A DNA stretch of 36,856 nucleotides from a bacterium (GCA_041739675.1 JBGSNL010000059.1:1-36856); one strand, 5' to 3'. Shown: positions 1 through 9,410, numbered from the stretch's first letter. Notes: generated by a model from the sequence alone, not told the origin. Numbers and translations are program-made.

Positions 1-2
1 CG

Positions 3-1529
3 CGCCACCCAGAAGAAAATTATATCCGGGCCGGTGACAAGATCGGATGTGGGATAGAATTTCTTGAGCTCTGCCGTTTTTTCGGGCCAGCCCATTGTTG
101 CAAAGGGCCAGAGCCACGAGGAGAACCATGTGTCCAGCACATCGTTATCCTGAACGAGATCCGTGCTGCCGCACTTTGGGCATTTTTTAGGCGTTTCAAG
201 CGACACTATCGGCGGGCATTTTTCACAATACCACACCGGGATTCTATGTCCCCACCAGAGCTGACGCGATATGCACCAGTCTCTTATGTTCTCCATCCAG
301 TGGGCGTAGACTTTTGTCCACCTCTCCGGCCAGAATTTAATATCGCCCTTGACGACCGCCTTCGTGCTTTTTTCACGTTCGGGATATTTGAGGAACCACT
401 GTTCGCTTAACACAGGTTCTATCGGCACGTCGGCGCGCTGCGAAAACCCGACGTTGTGCTTGTAGGGCTCTACCTTGAGCATGAGCCCCCATTCCTCGAG
501 ATCGGCGACGACCGCGCGGCGGCATTCGAAGCGGTCGAGCCCTTCGTATTGTTCGCCCGCAAGGTCCGTCATCGTGCCGTCGGTTGCGATGACAACCGTG
601 ATGGGAAGATTGTGTCTCAACGCAATGTCGTAATCGACTGGATCGTGCGCCGGTGTCACCTTCACCGCGCCGGTTCCGAATTTCAGATCCACCGCATCGT
701 CGGCGATGATGGGGATGGGTTTGCTCTTGAGCGGCAGCATGACTTTTCGGCCTATCAGATCTTTGTAGCGCTCGTCTTTGGGATTGACCGCCACCGCCTC
801 GTCGCCCAGCATCGTTTCGGGGCGCGTCGTGGCGACGATGACGAATTTATCATGCACGGGCTGGTTATTGTCGCCAAGAAGCGGGTACTTTATGTGCCAG
901 AGGTGGCCGTCAACCTCTTTCATCACGACCTCTTCATCGGACAGGGCCGTGTGGGAGACTGGGCACCAGTTGACCATCCTCTTGCCGCGGTAGATGAGCC
1001 CTTCATTATATAGCCTGACAAAGACCTCGCGCACGCACTGCGAATAGTTGATGCGCGGGTGGGGTTCGCGTTCGTCAAGGCCGTCCATCGTGAAGACCGT
1101 CCGCGACCAATCGCACGAGCAGCCCAATTTTTTAAGCTGTTGTATGATGATGCCGCCGTGCTTATCCTTCCACTGCCACGTCCTTTTCAAAAACTCCTCG
1201 CGGCCGAGATCTTCGCGGTGCTTTATGACGCCTTCTTTTTTGAGAGTTTTTTCGACGACCGTCTGTGTTGCGATGCCAGCGTGATCCGTGCCGGGAAGCC
1301 AGAGCACTTCAAAGCCCTGCATTCTTTTCCTGCGCACCATGATGTCCTGAATCGTGTTGTTCAAGACGTGGCCCATCGTCAGAACGCCCGTCACGTTGGG
1401 CGGAGGTATTACGATGCAATACGGATCTTTCCTCGATTTGGGGTCCGGGCGAAAGAGGGCGTTCTCCTCCCAGAATGAGTACCATTTGTTTTCAACGTCC
1501 TTCGGTGTGTATGCCTTTGAGAGTGTCAT
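3..1529 (-). CDS. valS: Valine--tRNA ligase, N-terminal part (runs off the left edge of the window)
   Basis: Not in the ORF track. Manual translation gives [17 protein letters not shown]...[22 protein letters not shown]...[11 protein letters not shown]...[15 protein letters not shown]...[14 protein letters not shown]...[10 protein letters not shown]. The ATG at 1529 overlaps the rocD TAA (TAATG). Confidence 0.97.
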   Translation of the reverse strand, partial: MTLSKAYTPKDVENKWYSFWEENALFRPDPKSRKDPYCIVIPPPNVTGVLTMGHVLNNTIQDIMVRRKRMQGFEVLWLPGTDHAGIATQTVVEKTLKKEGVIKHREDLGREEFLKRTWQWKDKHGGIIIQQLKKLGCSCDWSRTVFTMDGLDEREPHPRINYSQCVREVFVRLYNEGLIYRGKRMVNWCPVSHTALSDEEVVMKEVDGHLWHIKYPLLGDNNQPVHDKFVIVATTRPETMLGDEAVAVNPKDERYKDLIGRKVMLPLKSKPIPIIADDAVDLKFGTGAVKVTPAHDPVDYDIALRHNLPITVVIATDGTMTDLAGEQYEGLDRFECRRAVVADLEEWGLMLKVEPYKHNVGFSQRADVPIEPVLSEQWFLKYPEREKSTKAVVKGDIKFWPERWTKVYAHWMENIRDWCISRQLWWGHRIPVWYCEKCPPIVSLETPKKCPKCGSTDLVQDNDVLDTWFSSWLWPFATMGWPEKTAELKKFYPTSDLVTGPDIIFFWVA

Positions 1530-2734
1530 TATGATAGCACCTTGCGGATACGTGCGAGCGCCCAGTCGGCCGTTTCACGGTCGATCACGAGAGGCGGACA
1601 TATCCTTATCACCTGATCGTGAGTTTCTTTGCAGAGCATCCCCTCGGTCATGAGTTTTTCACAGAAAGGCCTGGCCTTGCCGGATGATTCTTTTATTTCG
1701 ATGCCGATGATAAGGCCGCGTCCGCGGATCTCTTTCACATGGCTCGAGTTTATCTTTTTCAACTCATTCATTATATATGTACCCATTTCATGCGCGTGAT
1801 CCGGAAGTTTTTCATCAATCAGTACGCCCAGTGCCGCGATTCCTGCCGCCGCGGCGAGAGGGTTTCCTCCGAAAGTGGAGCCGTGGTTTCCCGGTACGAA
1901 GACCTCCATCACCTCATCGTCGGCGACGATTGCGGAGACGGGATAAACGCCGCCGCCCAACGCCTTGCCCAGGATCATCACGTCGGGGCGGACACCTTCA
2001 TGGTCGCAGGCAAACATGCGCCCGGTTCTTCCGAGGCCTGTCTGAATTTCGTCCGCCATGAAAAGGATGTTATGTTTTTTCGTGATTTCGCGCACGCGTT
2101 TTAGGAATCCGTCAGGCGGGATTTTCACTCCGGCTTCGCACTGAATCGGTTCCACAAGAAATGCGCACGTGTTCTTCGTGATCGCCTTTTCCAGCGCATC
2201 GGCGTCGCCGAAAGGTATCACTTTGAAGCCGGGCGTCATCGGCCCGAATCCGTCCTGATACAAAGGCTCGGTGGAGAAGCTGATGATGGCTATCGTGCGG
2301 CCGTGAAAATTATCCTTGCACACGATGACCTCGGCTTTGTCCTTCTCGATACCTTTTTTCTCGTAACCCCAGCGGCGCGCTGCTTTCACTGCGGTTTCAA
2401 CGGCCTCGGCGCCCGAGTTCATGGGAAGCGCTCTTTTATAGCCGGCGGTCTTGCAGAGAAGCGTGAGGAACGGTCCCATCTGATCGTTGTGGAACGCGCG
2501 CGAGGTGAGGGTGATGCGGTCCGCCTGGTCCTTGAGCGCTTTCACGACCTTGGGGTGCCTGTGGCCCTGGTTCACTGCGGAGTAGGCCGACAGCATGTCG
2601 AGATATTTTTTGCCTTCAACGTCCCAGACCCAGCAGCCCTCGCCCTTCGAAAGCACGACCGGCAGCGGATGATAATTGTGCGCGCTTACGCGATCGACTT
2701 CATTTAAATAATCTTGCGTTGTTCTTGCTGCCAT
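1529..2734 (-). CDS. rocD: Ornithine--oxo-acid aminotransferase (class III PLP enzyme)
   Basis: [64 protein letters not shown] motifs. Confidence 0.95.
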   Translation of the reverse strand: MAARTTQDYLNEVDRVSAHNYHPLPVVLSKGEGCWVWDVEGKKYLDMLSAYSAVNQGHRHPKVVKALKDQADRITLTSRAFHNDQMGPFLTLLCKTAGYKRALPMNSGAEAVETAVKAARRWGYEKKGIEKDKAEVIVCKDNFHGRTIAIISFSTEPLYQDGFGPMTPGFKVIPFGDADALEKAITKNTCAFLVEPIQCEAGVKIPPDGFLKRVREITKKHNILFMADEIQTGLGRTGRMFACDHEGVRPDVMILGKALGGGVYPVSAIVADDEVMEVFVPGNHGSTFGGNPLAAAAGIAALGVLIDEKLPDHAHEMGTYIMNELKKINSSHVKEIRGRGLIIGIEIKESSGKARPFCEKLMTEGMLCKETHDQVIRICPPLVIDRETADWALARIRKVLS

Positions 2735-2744
2735 TTGAAGCCTC

Positions 2745-3626
2745 CTATTTTCTGAAAAAGTTTTTTATCACGAACCAGACGTTCTCTTTTCTCTCGCGCA
2801 GCCTTCTTATGACATATGGCAGCCATGCCTTTCCGTATGGAACGTAAACACGCAGCCGCCATCCGTTTGCGATGAGCTCACCCTGAAGGGCGGGGCGGAT
2901 CCCTAAAAGCATCTGAAATTCGAACTGATCGCGCTTTACGGCGCGCTCCTTCGCGAATGTTTTTGTGGCCGCGATTATTTTTTCGTCATGCGTTGCGATG
3001 CCGTGATAGAGCCCGGAGGTCAAAAGCCTTTTCACCAGGGCGACATACTGCATGTCGACTTCGTGTTTTTTCCCGAACGCGATGTCGATCGGCTCCTTGT
3101 AGGCCCCTTTGCAAAGGCGCATGGTAATGCCGTCTTCAAGGAGCGTCACGATGTCCGAGGGCGTTCTCCTGAGCATCGCCTGCACTGCGGCCCCCACCGG
3201 ATAGCCCATTGCCTTGATCTCGCGGACGACGTCAAGCGTGGACGACGTATATTTTGAACCCTCTATATCGACGCGCACGAAACCGCCCGTCTCGCGGGAA
3301 ACCTCCGCAATGCGCTTCAGGTTTTCGCGGCAGAGATCTCGGCTGATATCGAGGCCGATCTGCGTGAGTTTTACGGAGATGTTGTTTTCCAGATTGTTTT
3401 TCTTGAGGGCCCTGATGATTTCAATGTATGTGTCCGCCGAGATTTTCGCCTCTTCCTCATTCGTGACGTTTTCGCCAAGGTGGTCGACGGTCGTCTGGAA
3501 GCCCCTCACCTTGAGCGAGCGCAGCACCATCAGCGCATCACCCAGCGTCTGGCCCGCGATAAACCTCTTCGCGAACCAGAAGAGGAAAGACATGATGAAT
3601 GTGTTCACCTTGCTTGGTTTGGTCAT
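2745..3626 (-). CDS. putB: Monofunctional proline dehydrogenase
   Basis: RFIAG, DHLGE, SVKLTQIG, RLCKGAY, IATHD, EFQML, VYVPYG, RRLRER motifs. Start placed at ATG 3626 so it does not overlap pruA; the ORF track start is 3653. Confidence 0.9.
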   Translation of the reverse strand: MTKPSKVNTFIMSFLFWFAKRFIAGQTLGDALMVLRSLKVRGFQTTVDHLGENVTNEEEAKISADTYIEIIRALKKNNLENNISVKLTQIGLDISRDLCRENLKRIAEVSRETGGFVRVDIEGSKYTSSTLDVVREIKAMGYPVGAAVQAMLRRTPSDIVTLLEDGITMRLCKGAYKEPIDIAFGKKHEVDMQYVALVKRLLTSGLYHGIATHDEKIIAATKTFAKERAVKRDQFEFQMLLGIRPALQGELIANGWRLRVYVPYGKAWLPYVIRRLRERKENVWFVIKNFFRK

Positions 3627-3637
3627 CTCAATTTGCG

Positions 3638-5185
3638 CTACAGTTTCTGACATATCGATTTTGCCTGCAGGAAAAGGAGCAGATAATCCCTGCCTCCCGC
3701 CTTCGAATCAGTGCCTGACATGTTAAAGCCACCGAAGGGCTGAACTCCGACCAGCGCGCCTGTGCACTTTCTGTTGATGTAGAGGTTGCCAACAAAAAAC
3801 TCGCGCTTCGCCTTTTCGATCTTCTGCGGATTCCTGGTTAGGGCTGCGCCCGTCAGCCCGTATTGTGTGCCGTTTGCGATCTTAAGGGCGTCGTCGAAAT
3901 CCTTCGCCTTGATGACCGCAAGCACCGGCCCGAAAATTTCCTCCTGCGCGATTCTGGCGGTGGGTTTCACGTCGGCGATGATCGTGGGCTGGATGAAAAA
4001 GCCGTCGCCCGATATTGCCTCTCCTCCGCAGACAAGCCTTCCCTCTTTTTCCCCGGTCTCAATATAACCCATGATCTTCTCGAAGGCTGACTTTGAAGAT
4101 ACCGGGCCCATGTAGTTTGCAAAATCTTTCACGGGACCCACTGTGATTTTTTTAACGCGCGTCACCAGTTTTTCAAGAAACGCGTCGTATATTTTTTCGG
4201 AGACTATCGCGCGCGAGCATGCAGAACATTTCTGGCCCTGAAAGCCGTATGCGGAGAGCGCAACAGCTTCGACGGCGGCATCAACGTCGGTCTCATCATC
4301 CACAATTATCGCATCCTTGCCGCCCATCTCTGCGACGACGCGCTTGATCCATATCTGGCCCTGTTTCGTTTTGCCCGCCTCTTCAACGATGTGGAGCCCA
4401 ACCTCTCTGGAGCCGGTGAACGTGATGAAGCGGACCTTTGGGTGGCCTATGAGCATCTCGCCCACGTCGGCGCCGCTTCCCGTGAGGAAGTTGACCACAC
4501 CGGCGGGTACTTTGGCCTCTTCTACTATCTGCATGAACCTTGCGGCTATGACGGGCGTGTCGCTCGCCGGTTTCAGGACCACCGTGTTCCCTGTGACGAT
4601 CGCCGCCGTTGTCATGCCGACCAGTATTGCAAGCGGGAAGTTCCACGGCGGAAGCACCACACCCACGCCCAGAGGCAGATAGACAAGCTCGTTTTTCTCG
4701 CCCGGCCACTGGACGAGGGGATTGCCTTCCGAATATCTCAAGGCCTCGCGTCCGTAGAATTCGCAGAAATCTATCGCCTCGGCGACGTCCGCGTCGGCCT
4801 CAACCCAGCTCTTGCCGTCTTCAAGGACCATCGTGGCCGAAAACTCGAATTTGCGATCGCGCATAATAGATGCGATTTTGAAGAGGTAATCCGCTCGTTC
4901 GGTAGCAGGTGTTTTCTTCCATGTTTCAAAGGTTTTCCACGCAACTTCCAGCGCCTTTTCGGCCAGTGCCACCGTTCCTTTTTGCGCGACGCCCACTACC
5001 TGGTTCTTGTTCGAAGGGTTGACGGAGCGGATCTTGTCAGCGGTCATTATCTTTTCACCGCCGATGATGATTGGATATTCTTTCCCGAAATCCGCTTCAA
5101 CTTTCTCAAACGCCGCTTCCATCTTTTTTCTGTTTTCAGAATTTGTAAAATCGACGAGAAGTTCGTTCTTGAATGGAGTCGTCAT
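3638..5185 (-). CDS. pruA: L-glutamate gamma-semialdehyde (P5C) dehydrogenase
   Basis: EAIDFCEFY, PWNFP, FTGS, AEMGGK, GFQGQKCSACSR, EEIFGP, NRKCTGALVG, FGGFNMSGTDSKAGG. GAGGAG RBS. Confidence 0.95.
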   Translation of the reverse strand: MTTPFKNELLVDFTNSENRKKMEAAFEKVEADFGKEYPIIIGGEKIMTADKIRSVNPSNKNQVVGVAQKGTVALAEKALEVAWKTFETWKKTPATERADYLFKIASIMRDRKFEFSATMVLEDGKSWVEADADVAEAIDFCEFYGREALRYSEGNPLVQWPGEKNELVYLPLGVGVVLPPWNFPLAILVGMTTAAIVTGNTVVLKPASDTPVIAARFMQIVEEAKVPAGVVNFLTGSGADVGEMLIGHPKVRFITFTGSREVGLHIVEEAGKTKQGQIWIKRVVAEMGGKDAIIVDDETDVDAAVEAVALSAYGFQGQKCSACSRAIVSEKIYDAFLEKLVTRVKKITVGPVKDFANYMGPVSSKSAFEKIMGYIETGEKEGRLVCGGEAISGDGFFIQPTIIADVKPTARIAQEEIFGPVLAVIKAKDFDDALKIANGTQYGLTGAALTRNPQKIEKAKREFFVGNLYINRKCTGALVGVQPFGGFNMSGTDSKAGGRDYLLLFLQAKSICQKL

Positions 5186-5202
5186 ATTTTCTCCTCAAAG
5201 AA

Positions 5203-6924
5203 TTATAATTGACCCAGCAAAACGCCGACGTCGGATCCGGCGCCGCCGATCGTGACAACAAGATCAAGGGCCCCGTCCGCATTCAGATCGCATGCCGTCA
5301 AAAATGAGGCCGTGTTTGGAATTGCATAGTCGACATGTGTCGAAAAGGTGCCGTCTCCTGCGCCCAGCAGAACCGATACGGTGCTGACTCCGCCGGCAGA
5401 GTTGGCCGTGGCAAGGTCGACGTTGCTGTCTCCGTTCAGGTCGGCCGCAATTATTGATTGCGGCGTATTTGCCGTCGCAAATTCCGTTCTTGCGCCGAAG
5501 CTTCCGTCTCCGATTCCCATGTTTATCGCCACGGTGTTGGCAGTTGTAGTTACCGCTATATCAAGTATTGAGTCGCTGTTAAAATCAGCAGACATGATGC
5601 CCTTGGGTTGTGTTCCTGTCGGATAATCCGTCTTGGCATTGAGGGTTCCGTCGCCATTTCCCATGAGAACGGAAAAGGTATTGACTCCGGCGAAGGCGTT
5701 GGCGACCGCAATATCCATATTGCCGTCGTTGTTGAAGTCCGCTGCTGTAACACCTGCCGGCGATGTCCCTGTGGCATAGTCCACATGCGCCGCGAATGTG
5801 CCGTCTCCCACGCCCAACAACATCGAAATCGTGCCTGATACCTGATTCGATGAAACCAGATCGACGATCCCGTCGTTGCTAAAATCGGCCGCCGTGATTT
5901 TAGTGGGAGCTACTCCTGCATTGTAGTCCGTTCTTGGCGCAAATGCCCCTGTTCCGTCTCCAAGAAGAACCGATACATTCACTCCGAAGTTATTTGCCGA
6001 CGCGAGATCCATATTGCCGTCACCGTTGAAATCTGCGCTTACGATGCCATCCGGAGTGCCTGAAACATTGTAATCAGTCCCCGCACCCAATGATCCGTCG
6101 CCATTGCCCAAAAGGACGGCCACTTTGTTGCCGCCCGTTGTCACAGCGATATCCAGATTTCCGTCATTGTTGAAATCAGCAGAGGTGATTACGCCCGGAA
6201 CGTTCGCCAGCGGATAAGTCGCAGCAGCGCCAAAAAGGCCGTTGGTTGCATGGACAAAGACGTTCGTGCCGTTTGTTATCTCCTGAAGATTGGTGAGCGT
6301 GTCGCCGTCAAAGTCTGCCGTGTCGTCCGCCGCATCGGTGGGATCCATGCCGACGGTTGGTCTTGCAATTCCGTTCGGTATCTTAAACGGATTCGGCGAA
6401 ACGCGGTACCGGTCAACATTTCCAGGGTTCAACGCAAAATACCCGTTGTAACCGGCGAGCGGTACCGCTCCGTTCACATATTCGTGTCCGTCAACCACTC
6501 CGCCGCCGTCCATGTCGTTTGCTGTGAACGTCAGAGATGCGGTGACGGCCGGATTCAAAGCATCCGCGCACGTGTAAGTCACTTCTGCGGCGGTATTCGC
6601 CTCTGCGGGGACTACAGCGCCGGTGGTAAGGGTCAAAGCGAGCGTCGCCGCATCGAAGGTCAGCCATGCAGGCAGACCGGTTATCGAATACGTCGCAGTG
6701 AAGTCAAGCGCCGTGCCGTCACTTTTTGTACACGGTGGCAGGGTGATTGCGCCCAAAGCGAGCCCCGGCACCATGCCTGAGACGTTGTTTTGCGCCAACG
6801 CTGTTTCGACCGCCGCAATGAGCGGCGCGGTGATTGTGCGACCGCCGCCGCCGCAGCCGGTCATAAGAAATCCGTAAGCCAGAACCGAAGCAGCGATAAC
6901 GATTCCGTAAACTCTTGTTTTCAT
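5203..6924 (-). CDS. FG-GAP/VCBS repeat lipoprotein with a putative Ig-like domain and DxDGD Ca-binding repeats
   Basis: Lipobox-like FLMTG-C. YSITGLPAWLTFD Ig-like segment. About 7 repeats of ADFNxDGxxDxA...VLLGxGDG. Confidence 0.85.
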   Translation of the reverse strand: MKTRVYGIVIAASVLAYGFLMTGCGGGGRTITAPLIAAVETALAQNNVSGMVPGLALGAITLPPCTKSDGTALDFTATYSITGLPAWLTFDAATLALTLTTGAVVPAEANTAAEVTYTCADALNPAVTASLTFTANDMDGGGVVDGHEYVNGAVPLAGYNGYFALNPGNVDRYRVSPNPFKIPNGIARPTVGMDPTDAADDTADFDGDTLTNLQEITNGTNVFVHATNGLFGAAATYPLANVPGVITSADFNNDGNLDIAVTTGGNKVAVLLGNGDGSLGAGTDYNVSGTPDGIVSADFNGDGNMDLASANNFGVNVSVLLGDGTGAFAPRTDYNAGVAPTKITAADFSNDGIVDLVSSNQVSGTISMLLGVGDGTFAAHVDYATGTSPAGVTAADFNNDGNMDIAVANAFAGVNTFSVLMGNGDGTLNAKTDYPTGTQPKGIMSADFNSDSILDIAVTTTANTVAINMGIGDGSFGARTEFATANTPQSIIAADLNGDSNVDLATANSAGGVSTVSVLLGAGDGTFSTHVDYAIPNTASFLTACDLNADGALDLVVTIGGAGSDVGVLLGQL

Positions 6925-6952
6925 GGTTTCATCCCCGTCCTTGGTATTCCCC

Positions 6953-6981
6953 TCCTTACAAAGGGGAGGGGCTTATGTCAA
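6953..6981 (-). promoter_or_regulatory. sigma70-type promoter for the FG-GAP lipoprotein gene
   Basis: TTGACA-N17-TAAGGA on the minus strand, immediately after the rlpA terminator. Confidence 0.55.
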
Positions 6982-7013
6982 AAAAAAACCCCGCCCGGAA
7001 CGGGGCGGGGTTT
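6980..7013 (-). terminator. Intrinsic terminator after rlpA
   Basis: Stem AAACCCCGCCC/GGGCGGGGTTT with an A9 run on the + strand (U-tail on minus). Confidence 0.85.
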
Positions 7014-7029
7014 GGATGAATTCAGGTGT

Positions 7030-7509
7030 TTAAAATTCGTCCGAGTCCTTTTTGGCGAGCTCCTTCTCTACGTGTTCCTTCTCGGCAAAATCCTCGATCG
7101 CATCCTTCGGAAGCATCACGTGCAGCGCCACGACCTTGACGTTTGCGGTTCCCGTTCCTATGACGCCCAGCTTCTTGGCCGCGCCTTGCGAAAGGTCGAT
7201 TATCCTGCCCCGCACATAAGGCCCTCTGTCGTTTATGCGCACGACAATCGACCTGTCGTTGTCAAGATTGGTAACCTTGACCGCCGTTCCGAAGGGGAGC
7301 GTCTTGTGCGCGGCTGTCATTCCCGACGGCTTGTAGCGCTCGCCGCACGCGGTTTTCCGGCCGGCAAAGCCGGGCCCGTACCACGAAGCGACGCCGGTAG
7401 CCTCATACTTTATGGAGCGGCGTTTCGCGTGATAGGGGGCGCAGGCCGCCAGCGTCAGGATGACGACGAGCAAAGCGCCACGAATGAACCATGCCTTTTT
7501 ATTGGACAT
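7030..7509 (-). CDS. rlpA: Septal ring lytic transglycosylase RlpA-family lipoprotein
   Basis: LAAC lipobox, GVASWYG, TAAHKTLPFG, VRINDRGP, RIIDLS. Confidence 0.93.
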   Translation of the reverse strand: MSNKKAWFIRGALLVVILTLAACAPYHAKRRSIKYEATGVASWYGPGFAGRKTACGERYKPSGMTAAHKTLPFGTAVKVTNLDNDRSIVVRINDRGPYVRGRIIDLSQGAAKKLGVIGTGTANVKVVALHVMLPKDAIEDFAEKEHVEKELAKKDSDEF

Positions 7510-7683
7510 AAACCTCTAATTCACTTTATATTGAAAATCAGCTTACGGTTGAAAATTTATTGATACAACTTTTCGGAGAACGTCACTTTGGAATGTTGGC
7601 GAAATACTAGACCATCGATGTCGGGCCCGACAACCAAAAAAACTTTTACCGGATTATTTTGCTTGACAAGGGGGTAGAATCCT

Positions 7684-8805
7684 ATGGGCAGCGCTAAATT
7701 TATCTACGATTCGGCGGAACGGAATGCGGATCTCTTTTATGCCACCAAATTTGCCGCCCCCGACCCTTTCATCTATTTTGAGAACTCCGGGAAGAAATAT
7801 TTAGTGCTCTCGGACCTTGAAATCGACCGCGGCAAAAAAGAGGCGGACGTTGACCATGTCCTGTCGCTGCCCGTCTATACGAAGCGCGCGGAAAATAAGA
7901 ACAAAAAATTTACGATCATCGACGTCCTCCATGAGATTTTTTCGGAGCGGAGAATAAAAAAGCTCGTCGTTCCGCAGAACATGTCCTTCAATCTTGTGGA
8001 CGGCCTCAGGCGTAAAGGCTTTAAGATCGAGGCCGGGCCGACGCCCTTTTATCCTGAAAGGCTCGAAAAGACTCCTGAAGAGAAAAAGCTGATCGAGAAA
8101 TCGCAAAAGATTGTTTTTGAAGCGATGGGTCTGGCCGAGAGAACTCTGAAACAAAGCAAAATCAGAAACGGAGATATAATCTATCGGGGGAGCGTTCTCA
8201 CATCAGACAAGATGCAGCAGATGATAAAAGTCTTTTTGCTGGAGCGTGACCATTTTGCGTCGGAGGTGATAGTCTCCTGCGGCATGCATTCGATAGATCC
8301 GCACGACAGGGGGACGGGGCCTCTGAAAGCTCACAAATCAATCATAGTAGACATATTTCCGAGATCGACAAAGACGATGTATTACGCCGACGCAACAAGA
8401 ACCTTCTGCAAGGGAGAGGCGCCCGAATCTCTGAGAAGACTCTACGCAACTGTGAAGCAGGGTCAGGAACTGGGAATTTCGAAAGTGCGTGCCGGCATCA
8501 ACGCAAAGATCGTGCACGAAGCCATACTGAAGTTTTTTTCAGGCAGGGGCTACGAGACAGGCGAGAAGGGCGGCAGAAGGCAGGGATTTTTTCATTCGAC
8601 GGGCCACAGCATCGGGCTCGATCTTCACGAAGAGCCCGGGCGCATCGGGCCCCGCGATTTCATAATACCCAATGGTTATGTCACGAGCGTCGAACCGGGG
8701 CTTTACTACGCCTCGATCGGCGGCGTGAGAATCGAGGATCTGGTATATGTCACAAAGAAAGGCTGCGAGATTTTGAGCCACTATCCCAAAAAGCTGGAAG
8801 TGTGA
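7684..8805 (+). CDS. Xaa-Pro peptidase, M24 family
   Basis: DIFP...YYADATRT, HSTGHSIGLDLHE, EPGLY, GGVRIED metal ligands. Confidence 0.92.
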   Translation: MGSAKFIYDSAERNADLFYATKFAAPDPFIYFENSGKKYLVLSDLEIDRGKKEADVDHVLSLPVYTKRAENKNKKFTIIDVLHEIFSERRIKKLVVPQNMSFNLVDGLRRKGFKIEAGPTPFYPERLEKTPEEKKLIEKSQKIVFEAMGLAERTLKQSKIRNGDIIYRGSVLTSDKMQQMIKVFLLERDHFASEVIVSCGMHSIDPHDRGTGPLKAHKSIIVDIFPRSTKTMYYADATRTFCKGEAPESLRRLYATVKQGQELGISKVRAGINAKIVHEAILKFFSGRGYETGEKGGRRQGFFHSTGHSIGLDLHEEPGRIGPRDFIIPNGYVTSVEPGLYYASIGGVRIEDLVYVTKKGCEILSHYPKKLEV

Positions 8806-8811
8806 TATAAT
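8803..8811 (+). promoter_or_regulatory. Extended -10 promoter for the small ORF
   Basis: TG-A-TATAAT about 20 nt upstream of ATG 8832. Confidence 0.5.
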
Positions 8812-8831
8812 GGTCTCGAAAGAGAGGCTAT

Positions 8832-9008
8832 ATGAAGGCCGCAAAGAGGAAGGTGGAGATGAGACAGCGTCCGACCGTAAAGATGGGCACTACGCTTCCG
8901 GCGACGCTGCCGGGGGGGAACCCCTTCAAGGGCGGCACGAAATTCGCTTCGGTTGAAACCACCGTGAAAAGAGGGGCCTTTGGGGTCTTCTTTAAGCTGA
9001 AATTTTAG
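8832..9008 (+). CDS. Small basic hypothetical protein, 58 aa (below the ORF-track cutoff)
   Basis: MKAAKRKVEMRQRPTVKMGTTLPATLPGGNPFKGGTKFASVETTVKRGAFGVFFKLKF*. GAGAGG RBS, extended -10 upstream, terminator downstream. Confidence 0.6.
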   Translation: MKAAKRKVEMRQRPTVKMGTTLPATLPGGNPFKGGTKFASVETTVKRGAFGVFFKLKF

Positions 9009-9029
9009 GTTATTTTGGCCTTTATAAGC

Positions 9030-9066
9030 AAAAAACCCGGGTTGCCTTGGCAGCCCGGGTTTCTTA
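9030..9066. terminator. Bidirectional intrinsic terminator
   Basis: AAACCCGGGTTGCC-TT-GGCAGCCCGGGTTT with A6 on the left and TTTCTT on the right. Confidence 0.85.
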
Positions 9067-9084
9067 TTTGCGCGTCTATATATA

Positions 9085-9112
9085 TTATCGGCAGGACGAA
9101 GCCAAAAGTTGC
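9085..9112 (-). promoter_or_regulatory. sigma28-like alternative promoter, copy 1
   Basis: Minus strand GCAACTT-N13-GCCGATAA. The -10 equals the FliA/SigD consensus. Confidence 0.6.
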
Positions 9113-9257
9113 TAGAAAAATTTAATTTTGACTGACATCGTTAAAAATAGTCAAAATCGACAAAAATCAGTATCAAAACGGCTAAAAAATGATCAAAAAT
9201 GCGCGATTTCCTGCCCAAAATTGCGGATTTCTTGAGAGGTATCTGATTCAATAGTTA

Positions 9258-9270
9258 TATCAATACGTTA
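9258..9270 (+). promoter_or_regulatory. IHF consensus site
   Basis: TATCAATACGTTA matches WATCAANNNNTTR. Confidence 0.5.
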
Positions 9271-9310
9271 TTATAGGGGGTAACGTCCCCAAAATCTGCC
9301 CCGTAATCGG

Positions 9311-9360
9311 TAATCCACAGGCAAAATGGGCAAAATATGGCAATTCACAGGTGTGGATAA
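9311..9360. promoter_or_regulatory. DnaA box cluster 1
   Basis: TAATCCACA (9311, 1 mismatch), CAATTCACA (9341, 2 mismatches), TGTGGATAA (9352, perfect reverse TTATCCACA). Confidence 0.55.
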
Positions 9361-9410
9361 CAAATCAAACCGATTGCAATCAAAGATTGAATGTATGTAG
9401 ATCGCGCGAA

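Noticed and set aside
456..1653. Plus-strand ORFs over valS, and similar antisense ORFs elsewhere (e.g. 4391-5212, 6790-7563, 17212-18027, 28292-29077)
   Set aside because: Shadow frames opposite well-supported genes, with no recognisable motifs
5203..6240. DNA-level repeats inside the FG-GAP gene
   Set aside because: Explained by degenerate protein beta-propeller repeats
9351..9410. ORF-track GTG start of the PAP2 gene
   Set aside because: It overlaps a DnaA box, and the signal peptide begins at ATG 9411
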